64,000 bases of DNA from Desulfovibrionaceae bacterium (GTDB lineage Bacteria; Desulfobacterota; Desulfovibrionia; Desulfovibrionales; Desulfovibrionaceae): contig JAVBNL010000023.1 of the NCBI GenBank assembly GCA_031551515.1, forward strand, positions 23,048 through 87,047. The letters are read 5' to 3'. Of this stretch, positions 56,349 through 64,000 are shown in pieces. The first letter of the stretch is position 1; each line of letters begins with the position of its first letter. The position numbers and the translations under genes were made by a program. The notes beneath the pieces were generated by a model. The model was not told the origin of the DNA, did no database searches, and saw only the letters and a list, made by a program, of their open reading frames with translations.

Positions 56349-57386
56349 ATGCGTTTCAGACCCAAACTCGGCATCACCATGGGCGACCCGGCGGGCATAG
56401 GCCCGGAAGTGACGGTCAAAGCCCTGATGGAAAAACATATCTACGACATCTGCCTGCCCCTTGTGGCGGCCGTGCCCGCGGTGATGGAGCGGGCCATGCG
56501 CGAGATCGTGAAGACCGATTTCGCCATGAACGTCATCGCCTCTCCCAAAGAGGCCAAAGGCCAATACGGCACCATAGACGTGCTTGATCTCGCGGGCGTG
56601 AAGCTGGGACCGGTGACGCTCGGCAAAGTGGACCCGCGCTGCGGGGAGGCGGCCTTTCGCTCGGTGGAGGCGGTGATACGCCTGGCCATGAACAAGGAAG
56701 TGGACGGCACCGTCACCGCGCCGCTGAACAAAGAAGCCATGAACATGGCCGGGTGCCATTACGACGGGCATACCGAGATTTACGCCGCGCTGACGGGAAC
56801 CAAAAACTACACCATGATGCTGGCCGACGGGAAGCTGCGCGTGGCCCACGTCTGCACCCACGTGCCGTTGGCCAAAGTCAGCTCGCTGATCACTTTCGAG
56901 CGCGTGCTCACGGTCATCCACCTGGCGAACGAAGCGTGCAAAAAGCTGGGCATCGCGGCCCCGCGCATCGGGGTGGCCGGGTTCAACCCGCATGCGGGCG
57001 AAAACGGGCTGTTCGGCATGGAAGAGGTGGAAACCATCAGCCCGGCCGTCAAGGCGGCCCAGGCGGAAGGCATTGACGCGCAGGGCCCCTTCTCGCCGGA
57101 TACCGTGTTCTGCAAGGCGGCGGGCGGCGGCTATGACCTGGTGGTGGCCATGTACCACGACCAGGGGCATATTCCGCTGAAAATGCTGAGCTTCAAATAT
57201 GACGACGCAACCAAAACCTGGTCCGGCATGACCGGGGTGAACGTGACGCTGGGCCTGCCCATCGTGCGGTCATCGGTTGACCACGGCACGGCGTTTGAAG
57301 TTGCGGGCAAGAACGTGGCCTCGCAGCAGAGCATGGTCAACGCCATCGAGTATGGAGCTCTGCTGGCCGGCGGCAGCTCTCAATAG
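56349..57386 (+). CDS. pdxA: PdxA-family NAD(P)-dependent 4-phospho-hydroxyacid dehydrogenase (PdxA or PdxA2)
   Basis: GITMGDPAGIGPEV, GHTEIYA, VDHGTAF. Confidence 0.9.
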   Translation: MRFRPKLGITMGDPAGIGPEVTVKALMEKHIYDICLPLVAAVPAVMERAMREIVKTDFAMNVIASPKEAKGQYGTIDVLDLAGVKLGPVTLGKVDPRCGEAAFRSVEAVIRLAMNKEVDGTVTAPLNKEAMNMAGCHYDGHTEIYAALTGTKNYTMMLADGKLRVAHVCTHVPLAKVSSLITFERVLTVIHLANEACKKLGIAAPRIGVAGFNPHAGENGLFGMEEVETISPAVKAAQAEGIDAQGPFSPDTVFCKAAGGGYDLVVAMYHDQGHIPLKMLSFKYDDATKTWSGMTGVNVTLGLPIVRSSVDHGTAFEVAGKNVASQQSMVNAIEYGALLAGGSSQ

Positions 57387-57417
57387 CCTTTTGCTTTATT
57401 GAGAGAAAAAATGAACG

Positions 57418-58911
57418 TTATTTTTTGCCTTTCTTTACGTGCGTTGACCTGAAATGCACGCGGATGGGCGCGTGCTTGATGCCGAAGGCTTCGCGCAGCG
57501 ACCGCTCCACATAGCGGCCGTATGAAGCCAGCACCCGCTCTTCGTTGTTCACGAAAAAGACGAAGGTCGGGGGCGCGCTTTCCGCCTGGGTCATATAATA
57601 GAACTTCGCCCGCGCCCCTTTGACCAGCGGGGGCTGGTGCCGGGTCAAAATGCCTTCGAAGCTGCGGTTCAGCTCCCCCGTGGGGATGCGGCGGTAGCAT
57701 TCTGTGCGGATGCGCGCCGCCAGGGGCACGATCTTTTTCAAATTCTTGCCGCTCAAGGCGGAAACGAACAGCACCGGCACGTGCGGGCAGAAAACGAGAG
57801 CGTCTTTATAGTCGCGCTCGGCCTCTTTCACGGCCTTGGCGTCCATCAGGTCGCTCTTGTTGACCAGCACGATGAACGGGGTGACCCGTTCGCTCAAAAG
57901 GTCGATCAGGCGTTTGTCCTGCTGGGAAAGCCCCCCCGGGCCGTCGACCACCAGCAGGGTGATGTGGGCCTTGGTGGTGCTTTTGATGGACGAGTTCACG
58001 CTGTACCGCTCAACCGTATCAACAACCCGTGAGGGGCGCCGCACCCCGGCCGTATCCACAAAGGTGCAGGCCACCCCGCCGATCTCGGCGGAAACGTCCA
58101 CGCTGTCGCGGGTGGTGCCCGCGACGTCGCTGACGATCATGCGCGCCTCCCCGGCCAGGGCGTTGACCAGGGACGATTTGCCCGCGTTGGGCCGCCCCAG
58201 GAAGGCCAGGCGCAAGGGAGTATTTTCGTCTTCCGCTTGCAGAACGGACACGCTTTCTTCCGCGTCGGCAGCGGAAACGTCGCCGTCCGCCATATCGAAA
58301 TCTTCGCCCGACGCGTCGTCATCTTCCGGCGGCAGAAATTCGCGCATCTCTTCTTCCAGCAGGCGCACGTTGAAACCGTGCTCCGCGGAGCAGGGAATCA
58401 GCGGCAGCCCCAGAGCGTAAAATTCCGCCAGCATGCGGTCCGCCGTTTCCGGGCCGTCCACCTTGTTCACAGCGATCAGGGCCGGTTTACCGCAGCGCCG
58501 CACATAGGCCGCAAGATGTTCGTCAAAGGGGGTCAGGCCTTCGCGGGCGTCGACCACCAGCACCAGGGCCAGAGATTCGGCGATGGCCGCTTCCGTCTGG
58601 CGCAATATTTCCGCCTCGAACCCGCGCGAAACGGCCGGGCCTTCGGTAACGGCGGCGTGCGCGTCAAGGGTCACCCCGCCGGTGTCGATAATGATGAAAG
58701 GCTGTTTGCCTTTGCCGCGCACGACCCCTTCCATGCGGTCGCGGGTGATGCCGGGCATGTCGTGGGTGATGGCCCGGTTGCTGCGGATCAGCCGGTTGAA
58801 CAGGGTCGATTTGCCCACGTTGGGACGGCCGACCAGCGCTATTTTGGGCGTGCCGGGCGGCAGGCCGGGTCTGTCGATCAAAGATTTACGGGAAGAAGAA
58901 CTTTTTTGCAT
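57418..58911 (-). CDS. der: Ribosome-biogenesis GTPase Der (EngA), two G domains + KH-like domain
   Basis: GRPNVGKST and GRPNAGKSS P-loops, DTGG/DTAG and NKVD/NKSD motifs. An acidic insert lies between the G domains. Confidence 0.92.
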   Translation of the reverse strand: MQKSSSSRKSLIDRPGLPPGTPKIALVGRPNVGKSTLFNRLIRSNRAITHDMPGITRDRMEGVVRGKGKQPFIIIDTGGVTLDAHAAVTEGPAVSRGFEAEILRQTEAAIAESLALVLVVDAREGLTPFDEHLAAYVRRCGKPALIAVNKVDGPETADRMLAEFYALGLPLIPCSAEHGFNVRLLEEEMREFLPPEDDDASGEDFDMADGDVSAADAEESVSVLQAEDENTPLRLAFLGRPNAGKSSLVNALAGEARMIVSDVAGTTRDSVDVSAEIGGVACTFVDTAGVRRPSRVVDTVERYSVNSSIKSTTKAHITLLVVDGPGGLSQQDKRLIDLLSERVTPFIVLVNKSDLMDAKAVKEAERDYKDALVFCPHVPVLFVSALSGKNLKKIVPLAARIRTECYRRIPTGELNRSFEGILTRHQPPLVKGARAKFYYMTQAESAPPTFVFFVNNEERVLASYGRYVERSLREAFGIKHAPIRVHFRSTHVKKGKK

Positions 58912-59029
58912 GCGGGCTATGTACTGTTTCCTTTGTCTGTTGTCTACGCAAGTTCCCGCCCCCCTTGCGCGATCCGTATTCTGATTGTATCAGTAGACAA
59001 TTCGCTCTCACCAAATTCCAGAGGACGTC

Positions 59030-59899
59030 ATGCCCAAACCGCCTTTACTGCAGCGCCTGTCTCAAGCGGAAGATCTGACTCCCAGCGAAAAAAAACTTGC
59101 CACGCTGTTCCGGCGCGAATACCCCCAGCTGGCCTTTGACAACCTGACGGATATCGGCGTCAAAGCGGGCGTGGGCAAGGCCACGGTCACCCGGTTTGTG
59201 CAGCGCCTGGGCTATCTGAACTTCTACGATTTCAGCAAAACCTTGCGGGATGAAGTCGTGCAGCACATGGATTCACCCCTGCACCGGCTTTCACGCATGA
59301 ATCAGGAAGTGACGGAAGCCGCGCCGGACAAGGTTTTTTCAGACTATCTCGACTCAGCCATCCGCAATTTGCAGCGGACCAAAGAACTGCATTCGGGCAA
59401 AGATTTCGCCACCGCCGTTGACCTTCTGGCCGACGACAAACGGCCGCTGTTTTTGATGGGCGCGGTTTCCGCCGAAGGGATAATCAGCTATTTCGGGCAG
59501 CTGCTCTGCTATTTTCGCGACAACGTCACGGTACTGAACGGCGACGTTTCCACCATCGCGCACCGCATCACCAAGGTCGATCCTGAAGCGGTATTGCTGA
59601 CCTTTTCGTATAACCGCTACCCCAAGATCACGGGCAACACCATGCGGGTTTTTCACCAGGCCGGGTGCCAGACCATTTTGATTACCGAACGCCGGTCCTG
59701 CCCGCTCTTGCGCCACACCACGGTGCCCATTTTTGTGGAGGCCGAAGGGCCGGGCATGCTGAAGAGCCGCTGCTCGGGCATTGCCGCGCTGGAGGCGCTT
59801 TTGGCGGCGCTGACGCCGCGCCTGGCCGGGCGTATTTCGCGGCGGCTGGAATCGATGACCCGGCTGTTTACGGAATTTGACGTCTATTTTCATCAGTGA
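59030..59899 (+). CDS. MurR/RpiR-family transcriptional regulator (HTH_6 + SIS)
   Basis: LSPSEKKLATLFRREYPQLAFDNLTDIGVKAGVGKATVTRFVQRLGY plus a SIS-like C-terminal half. Confidence 0.85.
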   Translation: MPKPPLLQRLSQAEDLTPSEKKLATLFRREYPQLAFDNLTDIGVKAGVGKATVTRFVQRLGYLNFYDFSKTLRDEVVQHMDSPLHRLSRMNQEVTEAAPDKVFSDYLDSAIRNLQRTKELHSGKDFATAVDLLADDKRPLFLMGAVSAEGIISYFGQLLCYFRDNVTVLNGDVSTIAHRITKVDPEAVLLTFSYNRYPKITGNTMRVFHQAGCQTILITERRSCPLLRHTTVPIFVEAEGPGMLKSRCSGIAALEALLAALTPRLAGRISRRLESMTRLFTEFDVYFHQ

Positions 59900-59973
59900 A
59901 AGAGCGGTAAAGACCGGCGCTCTCAGTTTTTTGGCGAGAGTGGTTCCGGTGAAAAGATATGTTGGCTTTTTAA

Positions 59974-60551
59974 TTTAGTTGGTCCGCCTCCCCGGCGGGG
60001 GCAAAAGGAGGGTGGCTTCGCAGCCCCCTCCTTTTGAATCCACCCCTGCGGCAAGGGGTGGCTGAGCGCCACCCCCTGCACCCCCGCGTTTCGCATATGG
60101 GCAAAGCAAGCGCCCTCCGGCACGATGCGGCAGATTGAACGACTGCCGAACTAAATGCCCGCCAGCATGATGCGGCAATCAAAGACTATTCTATCTCCGT
60201 CGCGATTGCCGCATATCAACCTTGCGCCAAACCGCCTTCAGTTTGGGCTTTTTCCCCAAACCACTTCCTGAACTTCCGCATATGCCGCCACAAACAGCGT
60301 ATCCGCTTGCCCGAGGCATGGGTGTGTCGCATAACAAACGCGATGCCAGCCGCGAAGGCCGTAACAGAATCAACGACGGTCCCTGCGTGCGAAAAGGCGA
60401 AACTTGAAAGCGGGATAATGAGGCCGGGAGGGAACAACGCTGGAAGAGGCCCGGGGTGCAGGGGCGAAGCCCCTGCCGGGGGGAGTAGTCCAGAAGAGGG
60501 GGCGCCGCCGACCCCTCTTCTGGCCCCCGCCGGGCAGGCGGACCAACTCAA
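59974..60551. mobile_element. MITE-like non-coding element bounded by terminal inverted repeats
   Basis: agttggtccgcctccccggcggggg (59977-60001) against the reverse complement of 60524-60548, agttggtccgcctgcccggcggggg (24/25). Each TIR is followed inward by mirrored GC-rich hairpins. There is no credible ORF inside. Confidence 0.5.
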
Positions 60552-60705
60552 TCAAAAAACAAGATGACTTTTCACCGGAATGGCCTTCGCCAAACAACAG
60601 GGAGTGAAATTCTTATGTAATGGCGGACCAACGACAAAAACAAATCCCTTTTCCCTACACCGGTGTCGCTCCCGCAAAGAACCGGAAGCAAAATTCTTCT
60701 CTTTA

Positions 60706-60740
60706 ACAAAATAAAAACCGGGGGCCTTGCGGCCCCCGGC
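60706..60740 (-). terminator. Rho-independent terminator of the porin gene
   Basis: ccgggggcc / ttgc / ggcccccgg, followed on the minus strand by TTTTTATTTT. Confidence 0.8.
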
Positions 60741-60764
60741 GAAACGTCCGTCTATATCAGGCAA

Positions 60765-62195
60765 TTAGAAAGAATACTGGATGCCCAGCAGAGCGCCGAA
60801 GCTGTCGGTGGTGTTCTTCTGCTGCGGGCCCATATTCATGGTGATGTAGTTCAGGTCCAGACCGACTTCCAGGTTTTGGTTGACTTTGTAGACACTGCGC
60901 AGGTTGAATTCCCAGGCGCTGTCGGAAGACATCAAGAAACCGTCGTGGGTGCCGGCCAGCTGCGAGTTGTTGTAGAAAATGGACTTCTGGCCGAGGGTTT
61001 TGCCGGTGACCCAGCTGTCGCCTTCGTTGGTGCCGCGCATATACATGACGCGGGCCAGGTGGGTCAGGTTCTGCACGAAGCTCACGTCTTTGATCTGGAG
61101 GCCGATGCCCCACATGCCAAGACCGTTGATGCTGATGGCGCCGTCAAGACCGCGGGAGTATTTGCCCTGCATGCCGTAAGAGGTCATGAAGAAGCCGTTG
61201 TCGTCAGAGACGATGGGCATGGTGCGGCGTTTGTCGGCGTCTTTGTCGCCGGAAGAATACCAGCCGATGAAGCTCGGGGTACCCCAGGAGAACTTGTACC
61301 CGATGTCGGTCGACACGAAGTAGCCCCAGGTGTCGCTATCGCTGCTGCCGGTGTCCAGACCGCCGACCATGGCGTCAAGCTTGATGAAGAAGGGGTCGAT
61401 GGCGGGCAGTTCGAAGCTGAAGCCGGCCCACCAGCCGTAACCCTGAGAGTCGGCTTTGTCGTCAAGGAAAGCACGGCCGCGGCCGGTGCCGTCGCCCACG
61501 TTGGTGTGGAAGGCGCTGGCGGCGCCGTTGTTGTAATAGCCGCTGTCACGGCCGATCAGAGCGCCCATGGCCCAGGGGGTGATGCGGATGGCCTGGGTCT
61601 TGATGGGCAGCATGAAGCCGAACATGTCCATTTCGTCGTAAACGTTACGGGTGGTGGCTTCGTTTTCGCCGAAGTTGGCGTCGAACGGACGGGCCCAGAA
61701 CACGGTCAGGCCGACTTCGGGGGTGAACTGGGTGGACACGGTGATACCGGCCACGTCAGCGTCCATGACCGGGTTACCGGCCACAACCCAAGGCAGACGC
61801 AGCCCCTGGATACCCTGGCGGGTTTTGATCTGGGTGCCGGGGATGATCCAGTCGAGGTAAGCGTGCTTCAGTTTGATGCTGTCACGGTCGTCGGCGTCAA
61901 GACCGCCGCCGCTACCGCCGCCGCTGCGGCCGAAGTAGTGGTCACCGAGTTCGAAGTTCAACATGGAGCTCAGGGTTTCAGAAGCGATGAACTGAACCTG
62001 AGTGCGCAGGCGGAAGCGGAACATCAGCGGGTCAACGTGCTGGCCAGTTCTTTCGTTGCTGTACTGGCTGTGGTTGTTGTAGTAGCCGTAAGCGAACTGC
62101 CACTGGCCGTTCACTTTCACGTCGATGGCGGCGGCGGTACCCAGGGAGCCCAGGATGAAGCAGCCGGCCATGATCAGCGTGATCAGTCTTTTCAT
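60765..62195 (-). CDS. Outer-membrane porin (Desulfovibrio-type beta-barrel)
   Basis: Signal peptide MKRLITLIMAGCFILGSLGTAAA. The sequence shows an alternating beta-strand pattern rich in G/Y/F/D/N, with a C-terminal ...GIQYSF. Confidence 0.8.
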   Translation of the reverse strand: MKRLITLIMAGCFILGSLGTAAAIDVKVNGQWQFAYGYYNNHSQYSNERTGQHVDPLMFRFRLRTQVQFIASETLSSMLNFELGDHYFGRSGGGSGGGLDADDRDSIKLKHAYLDWIIPGTQIKTRQGIQGLRLPWVVAGNPVMDADVAGITVSTQFTPEVGLTVFWARPFDANFGENEATTRNVYDEMDMFGFMLPIKTQAIRITPWAMGALIGRDSGYYNNGAASAFHTNVGDGTGRGRAFLDDKADSQGYGWWAGFSFELPAIDPFFIKLDAMVGGLDTGSSDSDTWGYFVSTDIGYKFSWGTPSFIGWYSSGDKDADKRRTMPIVSDDNGFFMTSYGMQGKYSRGLDGAISINGLGMWGIGLQIKDVSFVQNLTHLARVMYMRGTNEGDSWVTGKTLGQKSIFYNNSQLAGTHDGFLMSSDSAWEFNLRSVYKVNQNLEVGLDLNYITMNMGPQQKNTTDSFGALLGIQYSF

Positions 62196-62473
62196 GGTTA
62201 ACTTCCTTTCTTTTGCGAAATGGTGTTCATTGCCTTAGCGGACGTTTCAACGCCTGGCCGGTATCGGCTGAGCGTTATTCAGGGTGTAGCCGCGTCAAAA
62301 TTTTATGTCAACAAAAAGTATAATTATTTTAGCTCTCTTTTGAGAAAATTTTTTATATAACTCATTGATATTATTAATAAATAATTACAAAATTCACAAT
62401 CAAAAAAATTTCTCACCTGACCCACAAAGTAAAAAATTTTAAACCGAATTGCCTTTTTTCGCGATGATATCTT

Positions 62474-62501
62474 TTTACCTTGCCTAAAACTTGCCTATAC
62501 T
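62474..62501 (+). promoter_or_regulatory. Candidate sigma-70 promoter for the c553/cox operon
   Basis: TTTACC-N16-TATACT (-10 at 62496-62501) within the AT-rich region. Confidence 0.35.
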
Positions 62502-62588
62502 GTTATGGGGCATAGTAGCGATATTCCGTTTTTTAGGATAACGGGATGCCCGTACCGCACTGTAACCTTTTGACCTGGGGGCTTACCA

Positions 62589-62888
62589 ATGAAACGCTTT
62601 CTTTGTATCTGCAGCGTCACTCTCTTTATTATTTCAGGCTTTGCCGCCACCGTGTTTTCCGCTGACGCCGCCGCGCTGTACCAGCGTTGCATCGGCTGCC
62701 ACGGCGCCGACGGCGCAAAGCCTCCGCACGTTTTGAAAGGCCAGAAGGCCGATGTGCTTTTGACCAAAATGAAAGGCTATGCCGACGGCTCTTTCGGCGG
62801 GGCGCAAAAAGCCATGATGACCAACATGGTCAAAAATATCTCGCCCGAAGACATGAAAGCGCTGGCTGACCATATCGCCAAGTTCTAA
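62589..62888 (+). CDS. cyf: Monoheme class I cytochrome c553
   Basis: Signal peptide and heme motif CIGCH. AALYQRCIGCHGADG...KMKGYADGSFGG..KAMMTN...LADHIAKF closely parallels Desulfovibrio vulgaris c553 as I remember it. Confidence 0.9.
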   Translation: MKRFLCICSVTLFIISGFAATVFSADAAALYQRCIGCHGADGAKPPHVLKGQKADVLLTKMKGYADGSFGGAQKAMMTNMVKNISPEDMKALADHIAKF

Positions 62889-62892
62889 AGCC

Positions 62893-63846
62893 ATGCGTAC
62901 CACGTTATGCCTTGCCCTGGCCCTGCTCCTCTGCGGTCCGGCCTTTACGGCCGTGGCCGCCGATCTCGCGGATCACGCGGATCACACGGACCACGCGGCG
63001 CAGGAACATGTGGCCCCCACATCCGTCTTGCCCGGCCCCGGGGTGACCACGCCGGAGCTTGTCCGGCGCGCGGCGGAAAAATCCGCCATGGTCAAAGCCC
63101 TGCCCAAAGACCAGGTGGAATATTACGCCGGTGTGGACGAGCACCTGGGTCAGGCCATACCCAAGGGCATCATGGTCCGCGACGAAGACGGCAAGCTCCG
63201 GGACTTCACCGAATTTCTGGACAAGCCCGCGATTTTCACGCCGGTGTATTATTCCTGCCCTGCCACCTGCAACATGCTGCTGGGCATCCTGGCAGGAACC
63301 CTGCCCCGCATGGGCACGCCGGACAAGGACGGCAAGGGCGGCCTTCTGCCTGGCCGCGATTACCGCGTGCTTTCCGTCAGCTTTGACGAGAACGATACGC
63401 CGCAGCTCGCGGCGCACCGCAAGCGCAATTTCATGGCGGCCATGAATTTTGCCTACCCGCCGGAAGGCTGGCGCTTTTTGACCGCCGACAAGGCGGCCAT
63501 TGAAACCCTGATGAACTGCGTGGGTTTTCGCTTCAAACGCGAAGGCCGCGACTTCATTCATCCTTCCGCCATGATGGCGCTGGCGCCCGGCGGCAAGATC
63601 ACCCGCTACCTGTACGGCCAAAGTTTTATGCCTTTCGATCTGACCATGGCCGTCACCGAGGCGGAACAGGGCATCGTCGGCCTATCCGTCAAGCGCCTGA
63701 TCAGTTATTGTTTCACCTATGACCCGGCCGGCCGCAAATATGTGTTCAATTTCATGAAGGTGGCCGGCATCTGCATCGCGGGCGGGGCGGGCCTGTTCCT
63801 GCTGGCCCTGATTTTCGCGCCCAAACGGAAAAAGAAGGGCACATGA
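62893..63846 (+). CDS. SCO1/SenC-family copper chaperone-like protein with His-rich N-terminus and C-terminal TM anchor
   Basis: Signal/anchor sequence. His-rich stretch DHADHTDHAAQEH. CxxxC motif in YYSCPATCN, and a conserved His context FIHPS. ATGA overlap with the next gene. Confidence 0.7.
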   Translation: MRTTLCLALALLLCGPAFTAVAADLADHADHTDHAAQEHVAPTSVLPGPGVTTPELVRRAAEKSAMVKALPKDQVEYYAGVDEHLGQAIPKGIMVRDEDGKLRDFTEFLDKPAIFTPVYYSCPATCNMLLGILAGTLPRMGTPDKDGKGGLLPGRDYRVLSVSFDENDTPQLAAHRKRNFMAAMNFAYPPEGWRFLTADKAAIETLMNCVGFRFKREGRDFIHPSAMMALAPGGKITRYLYGQSFMPFDLTMAVTEAEQGIVGLSVKRLISYCFTYDPAGRKYVFNFMKVAGICIAGGAGLFLLALIFAPKRKKKGT

Positions 63847-64000
63847 GCGAGAACAACTTTTTCAAACCTGCGCCCGGAACGGCCCCCGGCTGGGGGGTAT
63901 GGCGCTCGTGGCTGTTCACCACAGACCATAAGCGCATCGGGATCTTGTATTTGTATTGCATTTTAGCCATGTTTCTGGTGGGTTTGCTGCTGGGTTTCTG
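63843..64000 (+). CDS. Heme-copper oxidase subunit I, N-terminal fragment (runs off the window)
   Basis: Manual translation gives MSENNFFKPAPGTAPGWGVWRSWLFTTDHKRIGILYLYCILAMFLVGLLLGF. WLFTTDHKRIGILYL is the subunit I signature. Confidence 0.85.
   Translation, partial: MSENNFFKPAPGTAPGWGVWRSWLFTTDHKRIGILYLYCILAMFLVGLLLGF

Noticed and set aside
59900-60760. Small ORFs (60-111 aa, both strands) inside and around the MITE-like element
   Set aside because: Their translations are Pro/Gly/Ala/Arg-rich read-throughs of GC-rich hairpins. They have no RBS, and they overlap each other in several frames.
60663-62201. 512-aa plus-strand ORF antisense to the porin gene
   Set aside because: The translation is monotonous (V/A/G/D/H) sequence. 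The minus-strand product has a signal peptide, beta-barrel periodicity, a terminal Phe and its own terminator.

Overview
This is a densely coding, high-GC chromosomal segment. It looks Desulfovibrionaceae-like, an inference from the cytochrome c553 / SCO1 / heme-copper oxidase subunit I cluster, the Desulfovibrio-type porin and the many sigma-54/two-component genes. I see no prophage, CRISPR array, integrase or recognisable defence system. The window is dominated by small-molecule (mostly carboxylate / acid-sugar) uptake and conversion loci, each with its own regulator.

(1) Two tandem hybrid histidine kinases; the first carries an N-terminal sensory [FeFe]-hydrogenase-like domain.
(2) A secreted KRDD/RRDD tetrapeptide-repeat protein.
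(3) tctCBA plus a HutC-type GntR regulator, next to a translationally coupled AprA/FrdA-like flavoprotein and a DsrL/GltD-like Fe-S flavoprotein. A shared 26-nt AT-rich element lies in both promoter regions.
(4) A sugar-type ABC transporter operon carrying a split Tm-1-like pair (UPF0261 plus PEP-hydrolase-like TIM barrel).
(5) The most unusual locus: a sigma-54/PrpR-type activator divergent from a nine-gene operon (NifU-like, GGGtGRT protein, PrpF-family isomerase, MBL lactonase-like, MFS carrier, LeuCD-like dehydratase, AcnX dehydratase). It matches no pathway I know.
(6) A two-subunit class I fumarase/tartrate dehydratase with a LysR regulator.
(7) A GntR regulator, a Trp-rich polytopic membrane protein, a Tat-exported MBL hydrolase and a CobW-family GTPase with an unknown 290-aa N-terminal domain.
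(8) tonB-exbBD, tRNA-Arg(CCG), a CofE-like protein, a DUF1537 kinase plus PdxA, der and an RpiR regulator.
(9) A roughly 575-bp MITE-like element bounded by 24/25 terminal inverted repeats.
(10) A porin, an AT-rich divergent control region, and the start of the c553/SCO1/cox operon.

All calls rest on motif recognition in the supplied translations and on inspection of the DNA. No database search was possible.
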